Source: Octopus sinensis | Taxonomy: Eukaryota | DNA: 64,000 bases | Reading direction: 5' to 3' | NCBI RefSeq assembly: GCF_006345805.1 | Contig: NC_042999.1 | Span: forward strand, 66,588,001 to 66,652,000 | Shown here: positions 26,085 to 41,184 of the stretch, in pieces | How the letters are laid out: each line of letters opens with the position of its first letter | Position numbering within the stretch: position 1 is the first letter of the stretch | The notes under the pieces: generated by a model | What the model saw: the letters and a program-made list of their open reading frames with translations, nothing else | Database searches by the model: none | What the model was told of the DNA's origin: nothing | Made by a program: the position numbers and the translations under genes

Positions 26085-28460
26085 AGTGGTTCGGGATAAA
26101 CTATCTGCATCAACTTGTTATACAAGCAGGGAGTACTTTTTTTGAAGATTGAAAAAATAACTGTTAATATCGAACTGCAAAGCTATAATGCAAGTGACAA
26201 GGGAGGAAATTCGGCATATTTTGCTTTATGAGTTCAATAAAGGCAGTAACGCAACGGAAAGTGCGAGGAGTATTAATGCAGTAAATGGGTATCGGAAATA
26301 AGCGTAAGCTATTGTCAACATTGGCTCCAGAAATTCCGAGCCGGAAACTACAACATAGAAGAGGTGCCTCGTCCTGGAAGATCCATGGAGCGCGACGAGG
26401 ATGTCCTGCAAACCCTGGTGGAAGAAAACCTCATCATAAATGTTGAGGAACTAGCAGAGAAGTTTGGATTTGCGTATTTCAACCGTTCATCAACACCTGC
26501 ACGCCATCGGAATAGTCAGCAAATTGAGTCAGTGGTTTCCTAACAAACTTTCCGTGTCTAATCCCGCGCAGAGAGTGAATGCACAATGTGCCCAGATTGG
26601 CTAAATCAGGACAAAAATTATATCTCGGGTTAAAATAATCATCTGATAGCGGTTGAGGGCTCGTTTTAACCACAAATTTAAGGGCTATCAGCTGAAATCG
26701 AAATTACTGGTTTTTTCTATGTTTATGGGGGTCTGATTTCAAATAACCAAATCAGGGTATATCATCCAGAATTGCCTTTTTTGTATGTATTGCGATCAAA
26801 GATGATTATCTGCAAGATCTCGTCAGCTTTCAATCAAGGATAACATCCGTGACATCTTCAGAAGAATATCCAGCATGTCGCATCCAGTAATTGTTTCGAA
26901 ACGTCCAACCCAAGTTGTTCTGTTTGTGGTGAAGTTGATCACACAGCTCGTTCTTTAAAATATAAGAAGGTGTCTGCTTTGAAAGAAGAACAATCAAGAA
27001 TCGAGCCACTGTATCAGTGACCGGTGTATGTTATGCACATTTATTGTTTGGCATTATTGTTTCAATATTTGTTATGAATAATAATTTATCAGTTTTCACA
27101 ATTTGATGCAAATGATTTTGATTTTCTTTGTGAATCATAGGGGGTGGTTGGTTTCATTGTATATTTTCCATTTGGTGGGGGGGGGGTAGACTATGGTAAA
27201 TTTTCACTCCAGGGATTTGTTGGAAATATTTTCTTTTTCTTATCTCATGTTTTGACCCTTCATTTTAGACGTAAGCAATGCAAAATCCATCAAGCCGGAA
27301 TATGACCTTTGCTGCATAAAATAAGTTATATACCAAAAGAGTGCATTTAAGATCAATTATTTCAAAAAATTTATTAAATTTTGATTCCATTTTACGTTTC
27401 CAGTTTTTATACTTGTTTAATCACGTTGGGGGTCAATAACAGCTCATTTTACCCAATTTTGATTGGTTTTGATGTTTGGCACCCAAACTGGAATAATACT
27501 TTCTGTGTGGCCTTTTAACCCCTTTGAACTGATTTTTTCCTACAGTTTACATACAATCTGGAGACTGTCAAATATGTTCGCCCTTAATATGTCAAAATCT
27601 GTATTTCTTTTCGATTTTCATATTTGAGGGTGTTTTACCAAAAATTTGGATATTTTTCATGCATCCCCAATTTTCTCAAATTTATGTTGGCCTATGCATT
27701 CCAGGCTGTAGCTTCACTGAAAGACAATAAACAATGCTTCTAAATAAGTTCTAAGCGAGGTTCAAAATCTTTTTGTGAACGAGAATATGTTCAATGATTT
27801 GATACTCAAAAAACGTAAATTTCATTAAATTGGCCGAAATTAAAGAGCTATAAAAATTGAACCATACATTATTTTCAACTCAGGTTTTTTTCTTGCTTTG
27901 TAATCTCTTGAGATTAGAGAACCGGAAAATAAATATTTGGGGGAAACTTGATAAATTTGTACTCTGGGCACAATGTGAAGTGAGTGCTCTTCTTTGCGGT
28001 CACGTCTCACAAATTAACAAGATTTCACCGAAAAGGGATTGTTGACGAGAAATGTGTACTCTGCAAAAATGTCAAGCACCGAAGACAGTGGATAGGGAAG
28101 GGAGAAACACTGGCACCTCAGGCTAAAAAAGCTATTCATGTTGTTGCCTGTTTGTTGGGATATGAAAGATTTAGCCCACTTTGAACTTTTAAACCCAAAC
28201 CAAACGATAACAAAGATATACTGCGAGCAACTTTAGCCGCTTAAGTTAGCGCTAGAATAAAAACGACCATCTTTGGTTTCAAGACGAAAGATGTTCTTCT
28301 ATCAAGTTATTGCTCGGCCAAATACAACGAGGATGACATTTCAAATGTTGGAGCAGTTTGAACGGGAAACGATGCCCCACTCACCATATTCACCGGACAT
28401 TGCCTCATCTCATTATCATTTATTCCGTAGTCTTCAAAATCATTTGGACGTAAGAAATAT
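26085..28460 (+). mobile_element. Decayed mariner inside the gene C intron, split by a nested insertion
   Basis: MQVTREEIRHILLYEFNKG at ~26188 and HSPYSPDIASSHYHLFRSLQNHL at ~28380-28450. The reading frame is interrupted at 26582-27977. Confidence 0.85.
26582..27977. mobile_element. Non-autonomous CAC...GTG DNA transposon (Transib- or Chapaev-like) nested in the mariner
   Basis: 15-bp TIRs cacaatgtgcccaga / tctgggcacaatgtg (1 mismatch). Mariner coding sequence resumes on both sides. Internal CSVCGEVDH motif near 26915. Confidence 0.65.
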
Positions 28461-28617
28461 GATTTTTTGTAGTATGACTCATAGATTTTGGTATACAATA
28501 GGGCCACTATTCTCTCAAAATTTGGTTCCAGACAATAATAAAACCCCTGCACCAAACTTAGATTTGGATGCACAACTAATCAAAGTAGGTGTCATTATAA
28601 TAGGGTCAACTTCTTAC

Positions 28618-28678
28618 CTTCGATTAGAGCAAACATCATTAGTATTCCCAAGATGGTGAGTAAGAATGTAAAATTCAT
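28618..28678 (-). CDS. Gene C signal-peptide exon MNFTFLLTILGILMMFALIE(G)
   Basis: Acceptor ttacAG (28687-28686), 7-nt UTR GTTCAAC, ATG at 28678, 20 hydrophobic codons plus 1 nt, donor GTAAGA at 28617. Joined to 25547-25435 it gives 174 nt, a 57-aa precursor plus stop. Three paralogous exons share the layout. Confidence 0.85.
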
Positions 28679-28989
28679 GTTGAACCTGTAAATTAATATA
28701 TACATACAAGTATTTAAATACTGATGGTAAACCTAATGGGGAGGATAATGTAAATAGAAATAACACTAGGAATAACAACAGCAGCGGAAGCGGTGATGAA
28801 ATTGATGATGGCAATAGTAACAATAATAAAGACGGTACTTTTAATGATAACGATAATGGTAATAATATTAGTAATGATAATAATAATGATGATAACGATA
28901 ATAGTGGTAATAACTGCACAGGTAGTAACAAGAAGGACAGGGCTAGTTGTAACTATAGATGAAATAGGAAACATGTTTTGAATAATTCC

Positions 28990-29280
28990 TCTTTAGAAAA
29001 GAACATAGCATATGAATGTGCAATAGTAACCGGGAACAAAATTTACAATTACATGGGATGTTGCGCAACGACATTTAATCTCCGATATTACAACCACATC
29101 TCCCCATTCAAACACAATAATAATTCAAATGCGACATCACTCGATAAGCTAGTATGGTAACTTAGGGAGGAAAAACAGAATATGAGCTAAAATAGTCAAA
29201 CTTAAGTCGAGCTAAACCATACGAAATAGGAAGAAGTTGATATGAACTTTGCCTAGCGGAGTCATGCCAAATATCAGGTC
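28990..29280 (+). mobile_element. Penelope-like GIY-YIG fragment
   Basis: NIAYECAIVT...YMGCCATTFNLRYYNHISPF. Confidence 0.6.
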
Positions 29281-30020
29281 ATTCCATAAGTTCTGTCCGA
29301 ATTTTGAATAAAGAAAGCAAGTGATCAAATGTTATATTTAATTGAAATTTAATCATCAATGTACTTTCCCTGATTATCTATGACTTCCTTCCATCTATTT
29401 ACAAGCTTTTTAATCCCATCAATGTAAAACTCTTTTGGTTTCGACCTCCCCATTGTTTGCAAAAGTTTTGTCCCCCAAATGATTCTGTAAACTACGAAAC
29501 AAATGGTAGTCTGAAGGAACAAGGTCAGGAGAATAAGGTGGATGAGGTGGGGAGGGAGGTAAGTAAGTAAATATATAGGTAGTTAGTGGGGTGGAGTTGC
29601 AGGCTTGCTTGTTTGGTTATTAAGTCAGCATATATCCACGTGGATTCGAGTTCTGTTAACTTGAGAAAATGCCTTCTACAGCAGACAACGGGCCGACGCT
29701 AGCCTTGCGGATGAATTGGACGAAAACTGTCAGAAAGCCCCACATACACACATACACACACACTCATATACACACGTATTTATGTAGACCGCGTGCGTAT
29801 GTCTTTGTGTCCATATTTTTGTTCGTCCACAACCAACTTTTCATACCTGTTGTTGGTTTGTTTATGTCACCGTAACTTAGCGATCATGCAAAAGAATACT
29901 ATACGTGTACCAGAGGTAAGTGTGTAGGCTCATGGGCTGAATGAAACGTGTAATGCAGTGTCCCAGCATGGTCGCAGTATAAATGATTAAAACTTGAAAG
30001 TGTATATTATATCATATATG

Positions 30021-30080
<60 letters not shown>

Positions 30081-31616
30081 AATAATATTAGGGAGTAAAT
30101 CCAAACTTACAGGGATAAATTAGATTTAGGATTAAATCAAATTTCACAGTATAAATATAAATTCAATTAGAGATAAACAGGAATTTATAATAAAATAATA
30201 AAATAAAAAGTTAAAATTTTTTTTTTAATTTTTAAAAATTTATAAATTTTAAATTTAAAAAATATAAAAAGAAATATAATAATTTATAAATATAAATTAA
30301 AATTTTAAATTTAAATAATTTAATTTTAAATTTTGTATTTTATATATTTTGTATATTATATTAATTATATTTATTTTTATATTTTGGTTTATGTTTTTCA
30401 CTGTTTGATTTGCCTAATAGTGGTTTTATCTCTAATTTAATTTAAATTTATATATTTATATATATATATAGTGATAAATAAAAATATATGCATACATACA
30501 AACATATATGTACGTACCTACATCTACATGTATATATACATGCATATATAAATAATTATACGTGAGTACAGGACATCACAAGAAGACGTAGAAACGGGAA
30601 AAACAAAAAAACAAAAAACAAGAAAACGAAAAACGAAAAAACAATTACAGGACGAGCTACACAAGGACAAGACCCCCGTCATCAGCTGTCGCTAGTGGAG
30701 TCAAGCATGTTTCGAAGGCAGAGACAGAACACTAATCCAATAGGCCTTCCTGCGAGAGAATTAAAATAAAATTCCAAGCAGCGGGGCAAAACGAGTACGA
30801 ACACGAACAAGACGTAACAATAAAACTGCAAAAATAAAAATACATGTACAAAAAATACAAGTAATTACAAAACGAGAAAATAAAAAATAAAAAGAGAATA
30901 CGATACAGGAAATCAAACACACAAGAGGACGAACGAAAAAGCCTTTTTTTCTGGCATAGACAAACATCCTGTACCCCCATTCTTGCTAGTGAAATGGCAT
31001 GAGCTGACTTTCCGAGCAACTGGTTGATTAATGGCGAAACAACAATGACATAAATATTACAAAAATAGCGATTCTGACTTTGAAACTAACGGGTTTGAAA
31101 ATATTCTTAGATTATGGGACGCCCAGGCCTCTCATATATCCATGTTTAAAATTTCAGCGCGATCGGATGAACAATACTCGAGTTAAAGCGCACACACAGA
31201 CAGAAGGGCGGAACGGAGTTTATATATTGAGATATATATATACATATATGTGTGGCATGTGTGTGTGTGCGTGTGTGTATGTGTGTGTGGATGTAAGTTT
31301 TTCCATCGAAACAATGGGCGAAACCGCGCTCCAGGGTTCTATCTTTACTCATGGGGCAGTTATCTAGTTATCTACTGTGTCCGAATATATAAATTTACTT
31401 TTAGCACACACAGTCACTATTATGACAACTAAATTTTTTCCCGTATGACCTGGCATTGCGGTCTGCTGCTTACATTAATTTTTAGCATACATATGTCTAT
31501 GTAAATATATCTGTGTGTATCCCCTCTCTCACTATTCAATGACACTCCTACTATTCCTCATGATGTGGTGAGAGTAATAGCTGGAATAGAGACGACGAAG
31601 GCGGTGGCGAGGACAG

Positions 31617-31669
<53 letters not shown>

Positions 31670-32680
31670 AAACGAGGAGAGAAACAGTGACAGAAATTTA
31701 GAGAGTTTATGATATTTTACTGAATGTAGTAGTGTTGGTGGTGGCAGTGGGTGTAATAATAAAAGAGAGAGAAAGAGTGGGTATGTGAAAGAAAGAAGAA
31801 GATGTTGTACAACTTTGTTTTACCATGTCCCATTGACAGAAATTCCTGTCGCCAGCATACTGAACACTATCAGTTTTGTTTTTTATTTTTTTGCTTTCTT
31901 AAATACATAGACACCCACCAACCCACACTAATTTATATAGACTGTGGGCTTATGTTTTTGTGTTCATGTTTTTTTCGTCAAACAACCAAAATTAAACATA
32001 TCTAATATAATAAATGTGGACGTCAGTGTGTCACAATTTTTCAACTTTAATAAATATTTTCTACTGGAAGCACAAGGCCTCAAATTTTGGGGGAAGGGAT
32101 TAAGTCCATTACATAGACCCCAGTGTGTAACTGGTACTAATTTTATCTACCCCGAAAGGATGAAAGGCAAAATCGACCTCGGCGGAATCCGAACACAAAG
32201 CTATACGGCAGACGAAATACCGCTAAGCATTTCGCCCGGCGTGCTAACGATTCTGCCAGCTCTCCGCCTTAATATAATAGAAAATATAATATAATAAATA
32301 TGAACGTCACTGTGTCACACGTTTTCAACTTTACTTCATTTTAGAATCAGTTTGACTCTGTGAGTAAGTAAAAAACATTCCGGGCCGAATCCGGACGCAC
32401 AATCCTGAAATTTTGGATTCCCAAGATTTCATTACTGTGATTGTTTTCGGCGATTTTTTTGGTGACGAATTTTTTTGTACGATAACAAATTTTATAATCT
32501 AAAGGCTAACTTGATCTCTTATATATATATATATATATATATATAAGAGATCAAAGTGTACGTACACCCCTATATTTTTATATATAGAAAATACAAAGAT
32601 GAGAAAAGAACGCAAAACATCCATTTTTTGTATCACCTAATTGTCTGGATGTTTTGCATTCTTGTCCTATTTTTGTATTG

Positions 32681-32720
<40 letters not shown>

Positions 32721-33750
32721 AGTAATAAAGGTATATATGTCAATTTATTACAACCGTTTCGAGTGACTCCTTTAGTTGAGTAATGAGATTATTACATCAT
32801 TACAAAGAAACTCGTTCCCATCAGATGACCGCGTAGACTTCAAATTAGATATTTAAACATATTCATATGAACATTAGAGAGCAAATATTTTCAACGATCC
32901 CGCCGCTAAACTTTTGGGAAGAATGAGAATAGGACAGTACAGCAAGAGACAAGCTAGACTTCAACATAGGTTACAGTGGGTGGTGGGTGAATGAAAGTAG
33001 TGACCCCGTTATCGACACATCAAAGACCATAGGGAGAAGGTAGACTTCAAAACATGTAAAATTATATCTTTATAGATTTACCAATTAAGTAGTATCATGA
33101 TAGACCTTCTACTAGCTGAGAAAAGGGAACTTTACATCCGGCTATATCATGGGGTGGTAAATGAGAATGTCTGATGGGAGAGTAGTGATAGAAGAAAGAG
33201 AATAGGGATACGGATGGCCAAAAGGGAAGAAAAAGTATCTGTAAAAAGAAATACCTCTTAAAGGATTACGAGAAGGATATAAATTGAAGGAGTAAATTCT
33301 TACCTTAGTTTACTTATAAAGTTAGAGCAAAATGTAACTATATAGATGTATAAAAGCTAGAAAGAGATTACAGATATAACTAAATAAGGGGATCAATTAA
33401 ATATTTGATAATATAAGGTTGCGGTATATGACGAATTATAAGAAAAAAATGAAAAACTATAAATTGCCACAGAAGTTTTATGGTATACAAATTTTAAAAA
33501 TATAAGGAGATAAATAATAAAAATAAAAATATAACCAAATATGAATATATAATATAATATGAGAGCATATACAAAATATAATGGATATATATACAAAGGC
33601 ATGAAAATATAAAACAAAATATGTGATATACATGAAAAATATGAGTAAAAAATATAACAATCTTGTAATTTTAGGTTCACAGTACACAGCAGGACAAATT
33701 AAAAAACGATTTATATATATACATATATGTAGGAACGAATGAAACTTAAC

Positions 33751-34080
33751 CTGTGTCTCTGCACATACCCTACCGTAGGTAAGTATGTAATTACATAAGA
33801 ATCATACTTATATAAGAAACATACTTCTAGTTGTTACAAATATAAAACATACCGATTGGTTTATTGCATCTTGATTTCAATAGAATGACGTGATCGTCCT
33901 TCAAAAGAACAATTATTGAGAATATACTTATGTTCTTCATTGTCAGATGTGTCACGTTTACGGTCAAAATATTCTGCCGCTTTGAACTATGAGGGAAAAT
34001 TATAACTTCGCTTACACTTCCAAAGCGTAGGAAATATACAACTAAGGGTTAGTATGAAAAATACAACTGGCACAGACTTA
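33751..34080 (-). promoter_or_regulatory. Putative promoter, TATA box and short non-coding first exon of gene C
   Basis: ~330-bp block homologous to 48010-48300 and 62232-62450, each upstream of a signal exon. CTTATATAAG at 33807-33816; candidate donor cag|GTTAAG at 33750. Confidence 0.55.
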
Positions 34081-34236
34081 CGTATATATGTGTGTATATG
34101 TGTGCGTGTATATGTGTGTGCACGCGCGCGGAAATTATAGCTATTCACACCTCGCGCGTGTACACACAGTCTCACACGCACACACACATATATGTGTATA
34201 TATATATATATAGGACTGTTTATGTTTCTTGATATC

Positions 34237-34338
<102 letters not shown>

Positions 34339-34556
34339 CGTTAGGTGTGATGTACAGAATTGAATATTGAGAAGAAAGTCGTCAGAATTTGGGGAAAATC
34401 CTTTTATTTCTTTATTATTAAGAGCGCTATCATTCCTCCCGAGAACTTGTCAAATACAAAACTGTATTTGACAAGTTGTCGAGAGGAACGAAAGCGCTAA
34501 TAATAATGAAGAAATATAAGGATTTTTTCAAAATTCTGATGACTTTTCCTCAATAC

Positions 34557-34594
<38 letters not shown>

Positions 34595-34601
34595 CTGTGT
34601 C

Positions 34602-34652
<51 letters not shown>

Positions 34653-35002
34653 TATGGAAAAAAGGTCAAGTTAGAAAATGCTAAAATAATTTCATAACAA
34701 ATTTCAGTACCGGTTTCAGTCATTGAAACTTTTTCAACTGTAAGTATGGAAAACAATTAAATTTTGGAAAAATAAAATGAAAAGTATTTTAAAAGAATAT
34801 TTGCATAGTTTTCAAATACAAGGGGCATTTGCCTTGTTTTTGCCTGTCTCTGTTTCTTTTGTTTACTCTTTTGCGTTCGAGGTTAAAAAAGTCTTAATGA
34901 CTGAAGCCGTTACTGAAATGTTTTTCATAAAACTATTTTAGCATTTTCTATCTTGACTCTTTTTTTCATATATATCAACTCGTGTGTTCCTTTTCAACCT
35001 TC

Positions 35003-35004
<2 letters not shown>

Positions 35005-35081
<77 letters not shown>

Positions 35082-35309
35082 TTATTTAAAAGCAGCAGGA
35101 ATATAACAAAAGCTGTTACTCAGAGTTTCACCTTCCTGTACGTCAGACATTTTTGTTAACAAAATTGTCCGCCGAACGGGAACGTGAAACTCTGATTAAC
35201 AGCTTTTATTATATTTCTGCTGCTTTTAAATAAAGAAATATTACTCTACCTCCGTTTTTAGTACACTTTTTTTCACATTTATGTGCTTACTCCGGTATAT
35301 ACACACACA

Positions 35310-35395
<86 letters not shown>

Positions 35396-35612
35396 TTATT
35401 TAAAAGCAGCAGGAATATAACAAAAGCTGTTACTCAGAGTTTCACCTTCTGTACGTCAGACATTTTTGTTAACAAAATTGTCCGCCGAACGGAACGTGAA
35501 ACTCTGATTAACAGCTTTTATTATATTTCTGCTGCTTTTAAATAAAGAAATATTACTCTACCTCCGTTTTTAGTACACTTTTTTTCACATTTATGTGCTT
35601 ACTCCGGTATAT

Positions 35613-35640
<28 letters not shown>
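35005..35640. repeat. ~315-bp direct tandem duplication; each unit is internally inverted
   Basis: gtgactttatttaaaagcagcagg recurs at ~35076 and ~35390; the copies differ only by single-base indels. Confidence 0.85.
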
Positions 35641-35686
<46 letters not shown>

Positions 35687-35965
35687 TGTACGTATGTATG
35701 TATGTATGTATGTATGTATGTATGTATGTATGTATGTATGTATGTATGTATGCATGTGTGTACATGGTCAGTAGCCATGATAGATCGTTAGCCACTACAC
35801 TTATTTTCTCTCCTTGTTTTTTTCTGTGTCCCTTTCTCTAGAAGAGCGTAGGCTCGAAACGTAAAAGACTTTTTTCTATTCCTGAGCGTTATACTAATAC
35901 ATCTGTTTGTTTTGTACACCACCTGTCCTCGTCTTTTGTTTTTTCGTAAACTCTCCCTATGTGTG

Positions 35966-35997
<32 letters not shown>

Positions 35998-36002
35998 AGT
36001 TT

Positions 36003-36043
<41 letters not shown>

Positions 36044-36339
36044 AAATTTTGATATATTAAATTTTAGATTTATTTCTTGTCTACACATTGGTAATGTACT
36101 GGCATTCACAGAAAATTCCATAACCATCGGCGTTTTTGTGATACCAGAAAATGTCGTAGGATTGTTTGTCTGTTAACAGCAGCGAGCTTACACATGATAG
36201 AATGATGATAAGTAACTGTAATCACTAGTTCAGTCACGTGAGGTATATTAGTTACTCGAGGTGACATAAGAAACATGAGAGTTGTAGCAAAATATATTGA
36301 TATCTAACGTGTAAAATGTCCAAGAACTATTTACCTGCT

Positions 36340-36700
36340 CAGAGAAGACGTCATGCGTAAATTGTAGCTACTTCTCTTTAAAAAATGTGTTATCGCTATG
36401 CTATCAACTACTCGGAGAAAAAGAGTTTAACCCCCAAGAACAATCATGCTCACAAGGTGGTTGCAACAGGAGATTAGCACTCCATCTTTATCAACGGTGC
36501 AAAAGTGGACAGTTGGGTTTAGGAGAGGAGGGGAGAGTCTTGAAAATGACCTAAAGTTAGGATATCTTGAATCTGCCGCCACTTAGAAGGACATTGATCG
36601 CGTTCACACATGATAATGGATGACAGCATATATTTACAATCTATCGGCTATTAGGATACCCCGTTGAAAATTTTGAGAATATTCTATACAATGATCTGAT
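36340..36700 (+). mobile_element. Highly decayed mariner 5' fragment
   Basis: LSTVQKWTVGFRRGGESLEND helix-turn-helix-like peptide. Confidence 0.55.
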
Positions 36701-37549
36701 CGTCGGAGCTAGTTTTGGAATACTACGTAACAGCAAAAGTGGGAAGGCACGGGCCTTACCAGGACGTATGGAGAGTGTTGGAGAAGGTTCACACCCACAG
36801 GGCGTGTCTGTAGGCAGGCATCAATAAACTAGAAACCTAATATATACATTTTTCTTCTTTCAATTTTTTAAATAACAAACCTCTCTATAATTATTTACAG
36901 AAATCTTATATACTAACCTACTCATTGAAAATCCGCAGTAACTGTTAAACGAGTGATGCAAAATGTATACCATATGAACCACAAAACTTTATTGCAACCT
37001 GTTGATCACAAAACTTTACTGCAGCCTGTTGACAAATATATAGAGAAATATCTGCATTTGAACGCTATACAAATGTCTCGCACTGGTTTTTCTTCACTAT
37101 CTTATAGTGTTATTTGAATTGATTTGTTCTTAAATAGTAATGTTTTCGTTTCCATTTGTTCATGTTAGATTTGTATAATAAATATACATTACGGAGATGT
37201 ACTTGCATAGCAAGTGACCTGATCTGAGATCGTGTGCTGGAACGAAAACAATTGCAGCGTGGAGGGTGTTCATAAGCCATTTAAGAAACACTCAAAATCT
37301 GTTAGATTCACTTCAACATTTAAATTTAATTTGCCAAAATATTTTCGTCGCTTTTAGACCGCGACCTGTTCACTGACAAAATTCCGTGCTCTCGTAGATA
37401 TCACCAAGTTGAACTACGCCTAGCATACAAAGTGTAACAAAATGAATGCGCGGTAAAAATTTCAGAGTACACTCAGTAGCATTATTCAGGTAAAAAAATT
37501 ATTTTTTCATAGCATTAAATTTAATTAGATAACAATACCGCTTAATGTG

Positions 37550-37605
<56 letters not shown>

Positions 37606-37921
37606 TGTGTTATACAATTGATATCTTTAGTATTCGAAAAGTGTTCAACATAGAGATGTGTCTTGAACCAGTTGGTAACATTTTATCGAAATAAAATAAC
37701 ACAATCAAACAATGATAACTCAATAAAGACTTCAGTTTACTAGGAATATTTGATATCATAGGCATGAATTTTTTGATGCAACAGATATAGAAACCCATGA
37801 CATGCGAGAGATACGTTCTTCGGTTCTGTCAGTTGTCTATATCTATGCTCTCTCTAAACTTATTGCTTATAATATGACATATCCTTTATGTATACAATTT
37901 ACAAATATAGAATATAATTCA

Positions 37922-38010
37922 TTAAGATCTATCTTGAACACACTTATTAAAATAAGAGGAATCTTCAGGATTTTCACTTAGCTGCGCATATTGGCATTGA
38001 GCCCCACCGC
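37922..38010 (-). pseudogene. Gene D mature exon, degenerate: (G)GGAQCQYAQLSENPEDSSYFNKCVQDRS*
   Basis: Acceptor reads TG, about 5 codons deleted including the second Cys, last Cys reads TCT, polyA hexamer CATAAA. Flanks are homologous to other copies. Confidence 0.7.
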
Positions 38011-38019
38011 CAAAAATAT

Positions 38020-40294
38020 TGATGAATGATGTTTAAAATTGAAGATAAAGGTACATCAAATCTGCTACATTCATTCGCTTCATCTCTTTTTTTGAACCTG
38101 ACTTACACTGTTTCTAGTATATAGGTTAACTTTCAATGGGACCTCCGTTTACAATTTGCGGTCAGCGGATATCGCCCTCTTTAATTTCCTAGATATCTCC
38201 GTATATCTGTCGTCCAATCTTTATATCTATCTATCGTTTTTTTAATTTTTATTGTGGACGACACAAAATTAGCATATTTATGATTTTAATTGTTCTAATC
38301 TTTTTCATTGTAATTTATATGATAGATTTCACAATTTCAATGAATTCCATGAAACAAAGGTTTACTGCCGTAATATAGTCAATAACAATTTATACATAAC
38401 AGAAAACTGAGAAACATTTACTGCTATAGAAATAATTTACGGTGTCGTGACTTCATCTCAACGACAGACGTATACAATGTTAACCTTCTAATACACAGTA
38501 ATCAACGTATTAGAAAAACCTACTGAGAGTTTGTTTTTCTTTTCAGAAAATGGTTTGTTTTATTTCAATTTAATCATAAAATTAGAGAAGGCAATTTTAA
38601 TGATATTCATCTAGATAGCCTTGGGATGTCAATGAGAACATTACAACGTTTGATGTTCCTGAGAAGCCAGAAGTGGAGAGTGTATTCTATTGAGTAGCAG
38701 TTCTTATAAGGAAATATTGAACAAATAGTTTAATAGAAGTACTAACACTGTGATAGAACTATCATACTGATAAAGTCAATTTGGATAATACCAGTAAGAG
38801 GAAATTTTGTTTTAAACAAAATTTACGAATGTATGGTGCCCAGTTTTACATGAGGTCTAATTCATTTAGAAATGTTTGAAAGATAGGAGATCGTACTGGA
38901 GGTTTCTACTGAAAGGTGTAAAGAAGAGTTGTTATAAAGTGTATTACATCATAAGCTCGCAATGGTGTATGAAAGAGAATGTGTATTACATCGCTTCTGT
39001 TATTGGATAGATATGGTGTGTAATGGTTTATGAAAGAGAAGTCATTCCTCTTAGAATAAGAGACACTGATAACGATTAGATTCTTGTAGCGTAGTGAAGC
39101 AAGTCTCCTGTGATTACCTCTGAGTAAGTGTTCTCAGAGAATCAGGAAATGCTCGAGACCGTGTCTGAAAATGAGTGTTTACGTTGGGTCCCATCACACA
39201 CGTTATGCTGAGATTGGTATACTGAGTTGTAATAATCGATTGCTTTGGTACAGAATCCAACAAAGACAAAATGTAGCAATGAACGTCAGAGTTGTAGGTA
39301 CCGGTGCCAACATTAATTTGAAAATTAATCAGTAAATTAATTCAGAAAATTAATCTGTTGATTCAGTATCTGTTGATTCAGTATGAAATAGAAAACGAGT
39401 CACTGGTTAGAATATTTGCGAGTCCGTTATTTTGTGTTCATCTGTTTACGCATGATTGTCTGTGCGGCGAGTCTATGTGTTTTAAGATGATATATACATT
39501 TTGTTGTGTCTGTGGAGAGTAATTTTCTTTTTGTGCCTTATAATATAACACACTCACCGGTAAAATTTCCACTTTTTTTTCTTATTTTTATTTTCCTAAA
39601 ATTTTCGTTGCGTCTGGCAACCTTTTCAATAGTTTTTGAAAAAGTTGCAAGACAGAACGAAAATTTTAGGACAATAAAAATAAGAAAAAAAGTGGAAATT
39701 TTACCGGTGAGTGTGTTATACAGAATCTTGCAAACCAAATCCAAAAACGAAATATGATAGATACACTTTTGCGTATACTGTTTACATAACCATAGTATAA
39801 GAAACAGTTATAAAAACTAGGGCAAACTAAAAGAACAGCCAGTAATTGTATGATTTTTGCCATTAAAAGCATAGGACTGGTGAAGGAAGTGGGATGAAGT
39901 GGAGAGAATTGAAGCAGAATCAATTTGAGATATTATTTGTGAGAAAAATATGTTCAAAGAAACTATCGAGATGTGGTCTATTGCATCAGAAGACATGAAT
40001 AGAAGACAAGAATATTGAAGAGAACAGACTGGGCTGCAGACGTTGGTTAAGGAAAATAACGAGAATTCTATCTACGAAAGGAATGCCATATACAGGGAAG
40101 CGGTTAATAGAAGAATCGTGTGAAGTCTAGTTCATAGATATTGGGATACAAAAGGCAGTGATTCAATAGAAAATTGGTCCCAGACAGTTATAAAAATTCT
40201 CCCAAATTACGTTTTGATCTACAATTAATCATAATAAGCGTCATTTGACAAGGGTTGAAAACTCATTTAACGAATGGGATAAAAGAGTTCTTAT
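38020..40294 (-). repeat. Paralogous second intron (copy D) containing a fold-back insertion
   Basis: Colinear with copies A and B; hairpin element at about 39543-39720. Confidence 0.75.
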
Positions 40295-40355
40295 CTTCGG
40301 TCAAGGAAATCATCAGGAATACTCCCAAGATGATGGGAAAGTATGTAGATTTCAT
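40295..40355 (-). pseudogene. Gene D signal exon [20 protein letters not shown] with dead splice sites
   Basis: 61 nt like gene C, but the donor reads ATAAGA (40294) and the homologous acceptor reads ttacAT. Confidence 0.7.
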
Positions 40356-40435
40356 ATCTACATGTAAGATTTATAAATATGTATATATATATATACGTAT
40401 ATATATATACATACATATATATATATACATATATT

Positions 40436-40491
<56 letters not shown>

Positions 40492-40539
40492 TATACATAT
40501 ATATATACATATATTTATACATATATATATATATATATA

Positions 40540-40568
40540 TGCATACATATATATACATATATACATAC

Positions 40569-40627
<59 letters not shown>

Positions 40628-40926
40628 ATGTACATACACATATATATATGTATATATATGTATGTGTGTGTGTGTGTACGTGTGTATGTGTGTGAAGGAG
40701 CGTGGCTTAGCTGTTAGGTTATTCTGCTCACAATCGTAAGGCGTTGAGTTCAATTCTCGGCGATACTCTCTGTCCTTGAGCAAGACACTTTATTTCACGT
40801 TGCTCGTGAAATAAAGTGTCTTGCTCAAGGACAGAGAGTATCGCCGAGAATTGAACTCAACGCCTTACGATTGTGAGCAGAATAACCTAACAGCTAAGCC
40901 ACGCTCCTTCACACACATACACACGT

Positions 40927-40995
<69 letters not shown>

Positions 40996-41112
40996 ATATA
41001 TATATGTATATATATGTATGTATGTATGTATGTATATATGTATATATATGTATGTATATATGTATATATATGAATGTATATATATATATGTATATGTATA
41101 TATACATATATG

Positions 41113-41143
<31 letters not shown>

Positions 41144-41184
41144 GTATGTATGTATATATATATATACGTATATATATATATACA
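40540..41184. repeat. Large palindrome centred at 40800-40804
   Basis: Perfect arms (SINE head plus flank) around the loop ttgct. The interrupted SINE resumes at ~41185. Confidence 0.85.
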
